Of a stretch of 64,000 nt of DNA, positions 29,923 to 40,620 are shown piece after piece; position 1 is the first letter of the stretch, and every line of letters begins with the position of its first letter. The DNA is from a virus. Its lineage: Duplodnaviria > Caudoviricetes. The notes under the pieces were generated by a model. That model saw only the letters and a list, made by a program, of their open reading frames with translations, had not been told where the DNA came from and searched no databases. Location: IMG/VR virus record IMGVR_UViG_3300033072_000529. The stretch is one strand, 5' to 3'. The position numbers and the translations under genes were made by a program.

Positions 29923-30324
29923 ATGGAACCGTTAGCCTTGTTAGAGCAATATGCAAAAGAAGTAGAGATCGATACATCAATAGACGCAACTAATGTTATG
30001 GATAAGCAGATGTCTGCCCCTAATGTTAAGCATAAATGGTTATATCGATTGATGCAAGCTCGTATGCAGCTTTTAAAATATACGGAAGAAAAAGAAGCAA
30101 TTCTACAAGCAGCTATTGAACATAATCCCGCTAGGCTTAAAATTTCCAATGCTGCCATTAAAGCATCTGTGGAATCCAAGGACGAAGTAAAAGCCCTTAA
30201 TACTAAGATTAATAGATACACCTTACTAGTTGATTATCTAGATGGTGTGGTTAATAAGATATACACTCAAATAGGTTTCGATTTCAAGAACTTAGTAGAG
30301 TTGATGAAGATGGAACAACTATAG
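29923..30324 (+). CDS. uvsY: UvsY recombination mediator
   Basis: Helical 133 aa with PNVKHKW and GFDFKNLVE; directly upstream of uvsW; TTGCAT-N17-TATGAT promoter. Confidence 0.8.
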   Translation: MEPLALLEQYAKEVEIDTSIDATNVMDKQMSAPNVKHKWLYRLMQARMQLLKYTEEKEAILQAAIEHNPARLKISNAAIKASVESKDEVKALNTKINRYTLLVDYLDGVVNKIYTQIGFDFKNLVELMKMEQL

Positions 30325-31763
30325 TGGCTAAGACCGAAACTATAACAGTGGATTTCGAGAAGAAAAGCGGACGAATTCATTGTTCACCCCATTTATTGAA
30401 GAGCATTCGACTGAAATTTTCTATTGAAAATCCAGTATATCAGGCTCGTAGATTTGAATCGCGTAAATATGTCATCACTCCCAGTGGAGCATTTGAGGTA
30501 GGGCTATGGGATGACATCAATAGATATCTATTAAGTCTACAAATACCTCTCAATATAGTACTGACTGATGCGTTCAAAGCGCAACATCGTCCACCAATGG
30601 AGAAGATGGAAATTCAACATATAGACGGATTTGATTACTACGATTATCAAGAAATCACTATAAAAGAGTTCATTCAAAATGGTAGAGGCATTTCTATATT
30701 AGCTACTGGCGCAGGAAAGGCCCTGTGTATAGCAGGTTTATGTAAAACCCTTCTATACTATAAACCAAATAGCAGAATATTGATTATCGTACCTAATGTG
30801 GGGTTGTTGAATCAATTATGGGACTCATTTAACACTGAGTTTAATATGGGTCAATATGTTGAGCGATGGGGCGACAATAATCTCCCTAGTTGGAAGAGTA
30901 ACATTTTGATAGCAAATACTCAGATATTGGTGTCGGATATAAATTTCACATTGTCGAAAGTATACAAGTATGATGCTGTTGTAGTGGATGAAGTTCACAG
31001 ATTGGGAGAGAAGAAGAATCAAATAAACAAAGTGATTCATAACATGGTAACACCCCATAGATTTGGTTTGACTGGCACCCTACCCAATAATCTACTAGCA
31101 GCATGGAATGCTATTGGTAAGATTGGCCGAATTTTATATGAAAAAAGCTCATATGATATTAGACAACAGGGTAATATATCACAGGTTTTAGCACAAGTTG
31201 TATACTGTGTTCATTCCAGTAAACCTGCCAAACCTGATCCTGATGATGTTCGTCCCAATGCTGCATACGAGATGGAAGTGGACCACATAATGTCTCATCC
31301 TGCCAGGAATAAGATCATATGTAAAGTGATACGCAATCTCACAGGGAATGTATTGGTGCTGGTAGATAGAATTGCATATGGCCAACGACTATATGATCTA
31401 CTAAATGATGGCAGCAAGCAAGTATTCTTTATCAGTGGGGACACTGATACTACGGAGCGAACTCGTATACAAAAACTTATGGAATCCCATGACGATGTTG
31501 TATGTGTAGCAATGACAACCATATTCTCCACGGGTATATCTATAAAGAATTTACATTCTGCTATATTCACATATATAGGAAAAAGTAATGTCAAGATAGT
31601 ACAATCTATAGGGAGAACATTACGCAAGCATGCTTCAAAAGATAGAGCAATTATAATAGATGTAGCAGACTCACTGAGATATTCCAGAAAACATTTGAAG
31701 GAAAGAATTAAGTTATATGATGAACAACAGATATCATATAAGATGAAGACAGTTAATATATAA
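30324..31763 (+). CDS. uvsW: UvsW SF2 helicase
   Basis: YQ, ATGAGK, VDEVH, GLTGT, FSTGISIKNLH, QSIGRTLR. Confidence 0.93.
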   Translation: MAKTETITVDFEKKSGRIHCSPHLLKSIRLKFSIENPVYQARRFESRKYVITPSGAFEVGLWDDINRYLLSLQIPLNIVLTDAFKAQHRPPMEKMEIQHIDGFDYYDYQEITIKEFIQNGRGISILATGAGKALCIAGLCKTLLYYKPNSRILIIVPNVGLLNQLWDSFNTEFNMGQYVERWGDNNLPSWKSNILIANTQILVSDINFTLSKVYKYDAVVVDEVHRLGEKKNQINKVIHNMVTPHRFGLTGTLPNNLLAAWNAIGKIGRILYEKSSYDIRQQGNISQVLAQVVYCVHSSKPAKPDPDDVRPNAAYEMEVDHIMSHPARNKIICKVIRNLTGNVLVLVDRIAYGQRLYDLLNDGSKQVFFISGDTDTTERTRIQKLMESHDDVVCVAMTTIFSTGISIKNLHSAIFTYIGKSNVKIVQSIGRTLRKHASKDRAIIIDVADSLRYSRKHLKERIKLYDEQQISYKMKTVNI

Positions 31764-31764
31764 T

Positions 31765-32538
31765 ATGGACGACGACTTAGAATATGAAGATATAGATGAC
31801 ACCATTATCAATACACCGATGGATGATTTAGATGATCCAGTTATGGAGGCAATAGCCCCATTACCACGTAGAGGACGTAGACGCAAGGATGATACCACTC
31901 CTAGAGAAACAACAGACTATGTTGATAAAGATAAATTCTGGGATAACATAAAGACCTATTACGATTCTTTAGGGGATGCATATAATTGGACTACTCAGAA
32001 AGTGGTAGATAAGACTAAATTAGTGAAATTATCTGATGAATTAGCCCTTATGATCGCAGAGATATGCAAAAAATTGGGGAATAGACCTAATTTTATTGGA
32101 TATTCTTATCTAGATGAGTTACGGGGAGATGCCATACATAAATCATTGAAGGCTATCAGGGACGGAAGTTTCAAATGTTATACTACTGCATTAGTGAGAG
32201 ATGTGGTAGATAACGATGATGGCACCAAGACTGTAAGTTATTACGATAAGAAGAATATAGTACATAAGAAGTCATTAGACAGCACCGATGTATTCACTAC
32301 CGAAGGCGGAGACACTTATATAACTTTCAAACAAAATGCTTTTGGATATTTCTCTCGTATAGCATGGCATTCATATCTCAATCGTATAAAAATAGAAAAT
32401 CTGGCGAATGATACTAAGAATGCATATATGGAGCAGAAGTATGAAGAAGTTATGCAGAGTGAGGCATGGAAAAATGTGAAGCGTCAGAAATATTATTCTG
32501 AGGATGACACGGATGATGTAATATATGAACAAGAATAA
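31765..32538 (+). CDS. 55: Late-transcription sigma factor gp55
   Basis: RPNFIGYSYLDELRGDAI and NAFGYFSRIAWHSYLNRIKIE; lies upstream of gp47. Confidence 0.88.
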   Translation: MDDDLEYEDIDDTIINTPMDDLDDPVMEAIAPLPRRGRRRKDDTTPRETTDYVDKDKFWDNIKTYYDSLGDAYNWTTQKVVDKTKLVKLSDELALMIAEICKKLGNRPNFIGYSYLDELRGDAIHKSLKAIRDGSFKCYTTALVRDVVDNDDGTKTVSYYDKKNIVHKKSLDSTDVFTTEGGDTYITFKQNAFGYFSRIAWHSYLNRIKIENLANDTKNAYMEQKYEEVMQSEAWKNVKRQKYYSEDDTDDVIYEQE

Positions 32539-33532
32539 AGCCCTTATTATAGGGGATATACATGCAGGGATATCGAAGAATTCTAAGATATTCCATGAAA
32601 CGCTATTACAATACGGGGATTGGATTAAAAGATTGGCTACTGACAGAAATATAACTCGGCTTATATTTCTAGGGGATATATTTGATAATAGAGTGAATAT
32701 ATCTCTAGATACCCTGAACTGTGTTAGTCAGTTTTTTGAGAAATTAACTGAGTATACTATAGATATAACCCCTGGCAATCACGACTGTCTATTAAATGAT
32801 AATGCATCTATAAATTCTCTGGCACCATTTAAAAATCATCCTAATATACGCGTACATGATAATATTACAATGGATAATGATATAGTGTATGCGGGATGGG
32901 GTGTGAAGTTAGATGATATTCCTAATTGTAGGCTATTTTTCGGACATATAGATGTCGTGGGATATGAATTGACTAAGGGAAAAATATCTCAACACGGTTT
33001 TAGGGGTAAAGATTTGATGGATAAAGTATCAGGTGCAGTATACACTGGACACTATCATCATCCGCAAACCAGGAACTATAATGGTAAACCACTATGTTAT
33101 ACTGGATCAGCATTCGCCCTGAACTTTAATGATGCTGGGGATCAGAAATTCATATATGAACTCGATCTGGATACGCTAGAAGTAGAAAAGATTCCCAATA
33201 CTATATCTCCTAAGTTTTATTATATCACGGATATTAAGGATTATGATAAAATCCAGGGTAATTTCGTGTCTATCAAAGTCCCCGCAGGTGATGAGGGGAT
33301 TAAAATACTGACGGACATACAAACCTATAATCCGCTACATGTGAAGACTGCCATATGTGAGCAACCCCATTTTCAAAGTTCGCCGGAGGTTAATAGCTTC
33401 AAATTAGTTAAAATAGATGACACTATTCGAGAATATATAATGGGTATGGATACTATAGATGATGATCAGAAAAATCAAGTGGTTAGCATGCTGAATGATC
33501 TATACCATAAACACCAAGTGGTACAGGACTAG
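32525..33532 (+). CDS. 47: Recombination nuclease gp47 (Mre11/SbcD)
   Basis: GDIH, LGDIFD, GNHD, GHYH, YTGS. Confidence 0.93.
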   Translation: MNKNKALIIGDIHAGISKNSKIFHETLLQYGDWIKRLATDRNITRLIFLGDIFDNRVNISLDTLNCVSQFFEKLTEYTIDITPGNHDCLLNDNASINSLAPFKNHPNIRVHDNITMDNDIVYAGWGVKLDDIPNCRLFFGHIDVVGYELTKGKISQHGFRGKDLMDKVSGAVYTGHYHHPQTRNYNGKPLCYTGSAFALNFNDAGDQKFIYELDLDTLEVEKIPNTISPKFYYITDIKDYDKIQGNFVSIKVPAGDEGIKILTDIQTYNPLHVKTAICEQPHFQSSPEVNSFKLVKIDDTIREYIMGMDTIDDDQKNQVVSMLNDLYHKHQVVQD

Positions 33533-33587
33533 ATTATACAATAAAACTAGTTGAATCATTATGGATTGTGAGCTAAATTAACAGATA

Positions 33588-34442
33588 ATGTCTGAATCAA
33601 ATTATAAATTTGCCGATAAGATAGTAGTGGGTATAGTCACTTGTAATAGACCTGAATACTATAAACTATGCGTTGACAGTATTGATCGTTCTGCTGTAAG
33701 AGCGATTTTCACTGTCAACGCAGGAGAAAAATATGAGTCTTACCCTGACGATGTACAAGTACACCATTGTAATCATAATCCTACAGTAGTTGGTATAGCT
33801 AAAAATATACTACTACGTAATATGAGAAATGCACATCCTGCTGCGGAATTTTTCTTTGTGATTGAGGATGATGTTAAGATCATAAACAATAAAGTGTTTG
33901 ATCAGTATATCACCACTGGATTGGATTCTGGCTTGATCCATGGGCAATTGAGCTTTGCACTGCACGGTGGTATAGGAGGGGGGAATGTTGTACCAGAGAC
34001 AGGGCTACCTAAGAAGAAATGCTCTGTCAAATACACAAACACTGTTGTGGATTTTTATGAACACTCCTTTGCCGCCTTTACGTTTTTCCACCAATCTACT
34101 TTTGCTAATTATGGACCAAATTTGTTCGATGAACAATATCTAAATGCTGCTGAGCATTTAGATTTACACCAGAAACTATATAAAAGAGGATTAGGCACAC
34201 CGTTCTTTTGGTTCCCCGATATAGCAAACAGTCACGAATATATAGAAGATCAGGATAATGATCATAAGAAATCTGCGATTAGAAATAGTCCAGATTTTTG
34301 GAGCAACTTCAATTATAGTTGGGCATTATTCAAAAAGATTCATGGCGTGTTACCTAATAAATTACCCCAAGTAACAGCCGTGAATCTCATGGCTTGTCTG
34401 GAGCAGTTGGAACACGTGTTCGCACAAAAACAACGTATATAA
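33588..34442 (+). CDS. GT-A (GT2-like) glycosyltransferase
   Basis: VGIVTCNR, IEDD, FDEQY..EH. Confidence 0.8.
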   Translation: MSESNYKFADKIVVGIVTCNRPEYYKLCVDSIDRSAVRAIFTVNAGEKYESYPDDVQVHHCNHNPTVVGIAKNILLRNMRNAHPAAEFFFVIEDDVKIINNKVFDQYITTGLDSGLIHGQLSFALHGGIGGGNVVPETGLPKKKCSVKYTNTVVDFYEHSFAAFTFFHQSTFANYGPNLFDEQYLNAAEHLDLHQKLYKRGLGTPFFWFPDIANSHEYIEDQDNDHKKSAIRNSPDFWSNFNYSWALFKKIHGVLPNKLPQVTAVNLMACLEQLEHVFAQKQRI

Positions 34443-34454
34443 TATATACTATAT

Positions 34455-34643
34455 ATGCCCCTCGTATTAGCCAAGATAACTATGAATGACATTCAATATA
34501 TTAAGTTGCCGAATTTAATAACTCGGGATTTAGCACAGGCTGATAAATTCAGTAACACTACTTTACGGATTGAAGGGTTTCACTACATAACATTGGAACA
34601 GGCTGATGAGGAGATGAAGAATATGATAATGAAGCAGGCATAA
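34455..34643 (+). CDS. Small hypothetical protein
   Basis: 62 aa ORF filling the gap. Confidence 0.45.
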   Translation: MPLVLAKITMNDIQYIKLPNLITRDLAQADKFSNTTLRIEGFHYITLEQADEEMKNMIMKQA

Positions 34644-34644
34644 T

Positions 34645-35436
34645 ATGAGTACAGATAAAAGACGTATAGGGTTAGCAATAACCACTTTTAATAGCGAGTC
34701 GTATTTTAAAGCACTATATGATACCATACCCTTTGATATTGTAGATGAAGTTGTAGTAGTTAATGGCGGAGCACCATATGAAAGACATTATGAGGGCGTA
34801 CATTGGATACAGCATGAAACTATAAAGTATCCATCAGTGGCTAGAAATGATGGATTGAATTATCTTAAAACGCAGAATATAGATTATTTCTTTATATGTG
34901 AAGATGATATGATCATCAAAAATCCGAATATTTTCCAGGCATATATAGATGCCCATGAAAAAACGAACATCCACTATTTCATATATGCATCTAATGCATG
35001 GAACAGTGGGCCTAAAGGAAATAGAACGCCTTTATTACATATTCGATACACTCCCGACACTGCTATAAATTTATATGCAAACATGTGCAACGAATTCACG
35101 TTTCACACTAGACAATTATTGGATATAACACAGGGGTACGACGAGCAATATAAATATCTGTTCGATGTTGACTATACATACAGGGCTAGTACAAGCGGAT
35201 TGTCGGCCCCTTTCTGGTATTTTCCCGATATACCCGATTCAGATGACTATATAGATAACAACCCTGTTGCAGTCTCTAGATTGGACTCCGATGGAAGTCG
35301 GATAACTAAGTTGACACCGGAATACGAGAGGTTTCATAGAAAATATGATAAACCTCTCGTATTCATTGATAAGATACCCGAAGCAGAATTGATAGATATA
35401 CTAAAAAAACAACATGAAACTACTACTAGGCACTAA
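34645..35436 (+). CDS. GT2-like glycosyltransferase (paralog of 33588)
   Basis: LAITTFN, ARNDG, CEDD, YDEQY, PFWYFPDI. Confidence 0.85.
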   Translation: MSTDKRRIGLAITTFNSESYFKALYDTIPFDIVDEVVVVNGGAPYERHYEGVHWIQHETIKYPSVARNDGLNYLKTQNIDYFFICEDDMIIKNPNIFQAYIDAHEKTNIHYFIYASNAWNSGPKGNRTPLLHIRYTPDTAINLYANMCNEFTFHTRQLLDITQGYDEQYKYLFDVDYTYRASTSGLSAPFWYFPDIPDSDDYIDNNPVAVSRLDSDGSRITKLTPEYERFHRKYDKPLVFIDKIPEAELIDILKKQHETTTRH

Positions 35437-36277
35437 TTTATTCGGAAATAATCATAGACAATCTATTGCGATAGATTCTTGGATTAACGTACAAATCCAT
35501 TTTCCTGATACTATACAACTATGCAACATACAGTTAGAGTCTGATCCTTCTCCTACAGAGGATAGTAGATTGGAAACTATTAAGATATCAGGACGATCTG
35601 CTAAAGATGTAATCCCTGGCAGCACTAAGAATATGCCAGTTTTATCTGATTTATTCAATAATTTATATACTATAGCAAAAGAACGAGGAAACGTGACTCA
35701 TTTCGCCTATGTGAATTCGGACTGTTGCTTGACAAATGTGGTTGCCCAATATCTATCCAATACTAAAGTGTCTGCCTTAGCAGTATCTAGGGTGGATGTG
35801 GCGGATAAAACACATCACTTCCATGCTTTTAAGTCCACTTTAGAAATTCTCCGACTGGAACCCGCAGGATATGATCTGTTTATATTCTCCTTGGATTGGT
35901 GGGAGAAGCACGGTAGTTTGTTCGGAGACTATATATTAGGTGCTCCTTTATTTGATCCTATATATGCTGGTATAATACGCCTATACGGTGGATCATTATA
36001 CTATGATCCCGCCAATCCTATGGTGTGCCATATATATCACCCTATCGTATCACATAATAATACACCAGAGAAGGCTTATAATGAAACCGTTATGAAAGCC
36101 AATCCGTTTGATCATTTAGTGTGTAATATGATGTTCTATAATTTACAATATAACTTAGCTAAACGCAAGCCATGGGGAGCTTATTTGCAGCCTTGGGGAG
36201 GGGAGCAAGTGTTTGAAAAAGATTTTTTTGAAACATTTTCTCTTGTTACGGAGAATCAAGTGAAGTATATTCAATGA
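35414..36277 (+). CDS. Putative GT-A glycosyltransferase
   Basis: YVNSD, GYDLF, HIYH. Confidence 0.55.
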   Translation: MKLLLGTNLFGNNHRQSIAIDSWINVQIHFPDTIQLCNIQLESDPSPTEDSRLETIKISGRSAKDVIPGSTKNMPVLSDLFNNLYTIAKERGNVTHFAYVNSDCCLTNVVAQYLSNTKVSALAVSRVDVADKTHHFHAFKSTLEILRLEPAGYDLFIFSLDWWEKHGSLFGDYILGAPLFDPIYAGIIRLYGGSLYYDPANPMVCHIYHPIVSHNNTPEKAYNETVMKANPFDHLVCNMMFYNLQYNLAKRKPWGAYLQPWGGEQVFEKDFFETFSLVTENQVKYIQ

Positions 36278-36278
36278 T

Positions 36279-36941
36279 ATGAAAATAAGATGCTATACTG
36301 TAGTTAGTCCGTCTCATCGAAAGTTATTGGAGAATTACATGCTCCCCAGCTTTCCAAACGAACCTAATATGGAAATGACAATAAAGTATATTGAACAACA
36401 TTGTCCATCATCTGAGTTTGAAAGTCCTGGGTGGCATAAAGTCATGCAGGAAAAAGCTAAGTGTTTCTATGATACTTTACTTGATTTAAAAGATGGGGAA
36501 TTGATGATGTTCATTGACACTGATATTATTCATTTAGATAATTGGTACAATGATATGGTGGAGCATATGAAGAATGTAGACCTAGCAGTACAGAATGATT
36601 ATGGGGGTGGATTAAATTCTGGATTCTTCTGTGTTAGAAAGACTACTGCCACTATAAACTTATTTCGGGCCGTACACGAATTCATTGGCCAATATTCTAA
36701 TGAACAAAAGGCTCTCACTTTTTATACTCTGAATCATGACAAGTATGTAGAATTACGTGATCTTAGGTGGAAATTTCTACCGAGGGAATATTGGACATTT
36801 GGAGAGAATATGACGCATTACGATGGTACGCAGATCATAGTGTTACCACCTAATCCCAAGATCGCGCACTTGAATTGGACGAAGACATTTGCTTTGAAGT
36901 CTGATTTAGGTGATATAGTTAAATCCCTCATCCCAAAGTAA
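36279..36941 (+). CDS. Nucleotide-diphospho-sugar transferase (GT77-like)
   Basis: FIDTDI, NSGFF, EQ, HLNW. Confidence 0.75.
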   Translation: MKIRCYTVVSPSHRKLLENYMLPSFPNEPNMEMTIKYIEQHCPSSEFESPGWHKVMQEKAKCFYDTLLDLKDGELMMFIDTDIIHLDNWYNDMVEHMKNVDLAVQNDYGGGLNSGFFCVRKTTATINLFRAVHEFIGQYSNEQKALTFYTLNHDKYVELRDLRWKFLPREYWTFGENMTHYDGTQIIVLPPNPKIAHLNWTKTFALKSDLGDIVKSLIPK

Positions 36942-36942
36942 T

Positions 36943-37782
36943 ATGGTATATGATTTTCGTAAGCTTCGGCCCCTGCCAACATACCCCACATACCCTAGCT
37001 ATCACACGGGATTGTATTTAGAGGATTACTTTTTTCAGTATTACATTAACAATAAGAGTAAATTCGATGCCAAGGGAACAACGTTAATACCTGTATCGTG
37101 GACTACTTTATATGTGGAAAACACTCCTATACCCATTCAGGAATATTTGAATGCCCTGGATCACACACAGTCGTATTTTACGGTGTCGCAACATGATGAT
37201 GGGATTCGACAGGTTTTACCCCCTAAGACGCGCCATTTTGCGGCAGGTGGGCTAGGCGGAGGCATACCAATACCATTGGTATGTAGTGCATTACCAGAGC
37301 AGTTGAAAGGTGGAGAGGTTGACAAGGATATACTATGCTCGTTTATAGGTTCAATGACGCATCCTATAAGACAAGAGTTATGGACTAGATATAAAGATCA
37401 ATTTGTGTTCAATCCGCCTAGACAGTGGTCACAATCAGTGAATAATACAGAATTACAGAATTTCATAGATATCACTAAACGTTCTAATTTCGCATTAGCG
37501 CCCCGTGGATATGGTTTATCTAGTTTCAGGTTATATGAAATATTACAATTGAATACTATACCTGTATATGTGAGTGATAAATTCTGGCTACCTTTTCAAG
37601 ATGAAATAAATTGGTCTGAGTTTTGTGTACTGGTTCACTCCAGTGCTATAACACATTTACCCGATATACTACGTAGTATATCTCCTGAACAACAACAAAT
37701 AATGCTTGCTAAAGGCAAAGAAGTGTGGCATAATTTCTTTTCTCTTGAAAAGGTTTCGGAGAATATCTTGAAGAGATTATAA
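36943..37782 (+). CDS. Exostosin-family (GT47-like) glycosyltransferase
   Basis: SFIGS, FALAPRGYGLSSFRLYE, IPVYVSD...LPF..INW. Confidence 0.88.
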   Translation: MVYDFRKLRPLPTYPTYPSYHTGLYLEDYFFQYYINNKSKFDAKGTTLIPVSWTTLYVENTPIPIQEYLNALDHTQSYFTVSQHDDGIRQVLPPKTRHFAAGGLGGGIPIPLVCSALPEQLKGGEVDKDILCSFIGSMTHPIRQELWTRYKDQFVFNPPRQWSQSVNNTELQNFIDITKRSNFALAPRGYGLSSFRLYEILQLNTIPVYVSDKFWLPFQDEINWSEFCVLVHSSAITHLPDILRSISPEQQQIMLAKGKEVWHNFFSLEKVSENILKRL

Positions 37783-37787
37783 TATAT

Positions 37788-38546
37788 ATGCGTATACGAA
37801 AATGTAGAGAACATAATGGATGGAGATGGTGGATAAATTTCGGAGATTATGCCAAACGGGGTGATACTGTGCGGATAGAGTTCTATCCTGGTAGACGGGA
37901 ATTAGGCTGTACCTTATCCATGCGGGCACAAGGCGAGAGTACTATATCGTTGATGCTGAAAATTCCGTTTCTATTTTCGTTGTATGTTACATGGGATACC
38001 ATGTGGGGATATAGCACGAAATGGTCCAAATTTCTATGTTTGGATGATGATAGACGATATGATGGTCGAGAATTCGGATTTAGCTGGTATGGAGCAGATG
38101 GGTGTATTAGTGGAGGATCGATTAATTTCTATCTAGGTTCCCATTTAAATGGATGGTCTTCAAAAGACCCTAAATGGTTGAGAACCCATATATATCCACA
38201 GGAGATATTATGTGGTAAGGACACGGTTAAGATGGAGGATTTAGAAACTACGGAGCATTCTGTAACTATCCCTGGTAATAGCACTTATCCTGAAAAGACC
38301 TATACTGTAAAGTGTAAGGAATTTAGAACTACATGGACTTGGCCTAGGTTTAAAAAACCACTAATTATCAATAGATTTGAAGTAGAGTGCGAGGAAGGTG
38401 TACCGCATCCAGGTAAGGGCACTTGCGATTATAATTGCGATGAAAGCAGATTGTATAGTCAGTGTGCGCCTGCCGATAGCAGAGAACACGCCGTTCAAAA
38501 GTTTATAGATTCCTGTGCATGGTACAGGAAGAATTATCCAATGTAA
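37788..38546 (+). CDS. Hypothetical Trp/Cys-rich protein
   Basis: 252 aa ORF. Confidence 0.6.
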   Translation: MRIRKCREHNGWRWWINFGDYAKRGDTVRIEFYPGRRELGCTLSMRAQGESTISLMLKIPFLFSLYVTWDTMWGYSTKWSKFLCLDDDRRYDGREFGFSWYGADGCISGGSINFYLGSHLNGWSSKDPKWLRTHIYPQEILCGKDTVKMEDLETTEHSVTIPGNSTYPEKTYTVKCKEFRTTWTWPRFKKPLIINRFEVECEEGVPHPGKGTCDYNCDESRLYSQCAPADSREHAVQKFIDSCAWYRKNYPM

Positions 38547-38547
38547 T

Positions 38548-39312
38548 ATGAAGTATTTTTTCGTTATAGCACAATATAAAGATGATCGACAACGGATTTT
38601 CGATGAAGTCATTTCACCGAGAAATCAAAAATATTGCGACAAACACGGATATAAATATATCGTTATAGATAATAATTATCCCCTGGCACCCTTTAGAGGG
38701 AGTCTGACTTGGCATAAGATTCTAGTTATACAAAATCTATTGGACGCAGGAACATTGAAAGATGGGGATATCATTACCAACTATGATGCAGACTGTCTAT
38801 TTGTCAAAGATTCCGACGTACTAGAACCACCGGATGGCAAATCCCTAGCACTGGCTGTTGATTCTGGTAATACCTTCTGTTTTGGATGGACCACATGGCG
38901 GATCAATGCCTGGAGTAGACGCCTTATAAAGGATATACTATCAGATGAATTATGGACTCAATATGTCAATCAGTTGACGGTACATGAGGGGTTTCCTAAT
39001 CGACCCCCGTCATCATTTGCATTGGAATTCCGTGAACAAGCCATGTTCTATAAGTTATATGGAATAACTAGACATTCCAGTGTACCCTTTAAACAGAAAC
39101 CTGCCATGGGTGTGAACGAGACAGGAGAACAACGATATGATACAGTAGACTTCCATAAGAATGTCCATGTCTTTGACCAACAATATAATTGTACTATATG
39201 GCCAGGAGAATCGGACACCACTTTCTACATTAATAAGTTATCACATCCTGAGGAAGTATATGTTAGACATTTAACAGGGTGTGATTGGAATAATTATAAA
39301 AATTGGATATGA
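38548..39312 (+). CDS. GT34-like glycosyltransferase
   Basis: KYCDKHGY, WHKI, YDADC, EQA, RHLTG. Confidence 0.75.
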   Translation: MKYFFVIAQYKDDRQRIFDEVISPRNQKYCDKHGYKYIVIDNNYPLAPFRGSLTWHKILVIQNLLDAGTLKDGDIITNYDADCLFVKDSDVLEPPDGKSLALAVDSGNTFCFGWTTWRINAWSRRLIKDILSDELWTQYVNQLTVHEGFPNRPPSSFALEFREQAMFYKLYGITRHSSVPFKQKPAMGVNETGEQRYDTVDFHKNVHVFDQQYNCTIWPGESDTTFYINKLSHPEEVYVRHLTGCDWNNYKNWI

Positions 39313-39596
39313 ATAAACGGAGAAATTTTCTAAAAAATATATTATTTGGTGTAGGTGCCCTGGTTCTTCCGGTTGAAGTACCTAGTGTATTAGCCGTAGA
39401 GCCAGTCGTCCGACCACCAGTTAAAGTAATTTATTCTCTAAACGAATGGATGACTCTGGAGATTCAAAGGGAAATAGATCAAGAAATGATTAGACGTATG
39501 ATGGCATGTGCTTATCCTCAGTCTACCGAACTAGTAACTCTTCCCACCTTGGAAGAAGAAGGATATATACTTTCACCTAATTTCACATGTCGATAG
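39309..39596 (+). CDS. Small protein with twin-arginine-like N-terminus and a gp23-like helix
   Basis: KRRNFLK followed by a hydrophobic stretch; LEIQREIDQEMI. Confidence 0.5.
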   Translation: MNKRRNFLKNILFGVGALVLPVEVPSVLAVEPVVRPPVKVIYSLNEWMTLEIQREIDQEMIRRMMACAYPQSTELVTLPTLEEEGYILSPNFTCR

Positions 39597-40342
39597 ATAC
39601 TTTTACAATCAATTTACACAATGGTGCCCGTCCAGAGTTGGTACAGGAACAGATTCATGCACATGATTCCCTGATTGCCAAATATGATATACAATGGAAT
39701 CTCCGAAGCAAGAGATATCCAAAGGCATATCCGTCATATTCCCAACTAATGAATCATGCCATTGCCACTAGTCCTACAGAATATATGGTATTTGTAAACG
39801 ATAGAACTACCTGTACTGCGGAATATACTGAAAAAATAATCAATCTATTACAGACCGGGTACTCATGCGTTTTCTTATACAATGTGGGTTATATGGGGTT
39901 CACTAAGGAGTTGGTGCGTCGTATAGGATGGTTCGATGAGCGATACCTTTTAGGAGGCAATGAAGATAAGGATTGGGTGTTCAGGCTCAAACATGCCAAT
40001 CTTGCCTTATATGAAAGTCAAGAAGCCGACTACGATTACAGTTGGAAGTCACCTTTACAGGTGATAGGTCATAATTGTAGATTATCACAGCCGCATTGGG
40101 ATGCGAAATGGAATTTACGGTATGATGATGCTATTATAAAGATGCTACCAGAGCAACGATATGAGCACTGGGATTTATTTTTAGGAGATGCTAAACCCGA
40201 TATCGCCCACACATGGGGAACCTGGGATAAATCCACCCTTAATATAGGATATGATAAACCTAATAGTGGGCATTCCGCTAGTTCTATGTTTAGAGGACGA
40301 CCTATAGTACACATCGACCAAGTTAGACATTTAATAAAATGA
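39587..40342 (+). CDS. GT2-like glycosyltransferase
   Basis: IGWFDERY..G.EDKDW..RL. Confidence 0.8.
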   Translation: MSIDTFTINLHNGARPELVQEQIHAHDSLIAKYDIQWNLRSKRYPKAYPSYSQLMNHAIATSPTEYMVFVNDRTTCTAEYTEKIINLLQTGYSCVFLYNVGYMGFTKELVRRIGWFDERYLLGGNEDKDWVFRLKHANLALYESQEADYDYSWKSPLQVIGHNCRLSQPHWDAKWNLRYDDAIIKMLPEQRYEHWDLFLGDAKPDIAHTWGTWDKSTLNIGYDKPNSGHSASSMFRGRPIVHIDQVRHLIK

Positions 40343-40566
40343 AAACAGTAACATATAAAGATTGGCAACATTTTGTGACTAAACGAGGATTTCATATTGT
40401 TCAAGAAAAAGAGGGCATGCGAGATTTGAAATATAAACAGTATGGTAATTCTTTCAATTTTATGCACTATTTTCTAATAGAACATGGTGCTGAATTTCTG
40501 GAATTCAAATTCAAAATGGATGGCAGTGTGGAGGTTACAGATTGGGAGGCGGATGACGATTTATAG
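40339..40566 (+). CDS. Hypothetical protein
   Basis: 75 aa ORF. Confidence 0.5.
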   Translation: MKTVTYKDWQHFVTKRGFHIVQEKEGMRDLKYKQYGNSFNFMHYFLIEHGAEFLEFKFKMDGSVEVTDWEADDDL

Positions 40567-40620
40567 ATATATCATCGTGTAAAGAACCATAAAAGCTGTA
40601 TGGCGCTATACATAAATATA

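Noticed and set aside
30705-30735. UvsW Walker A reads GKA, like the start of a class-3 intein
   Set aside because: The helicase sequence continues colinearly with no intein blocks; it is just an S/T-to-A variant.
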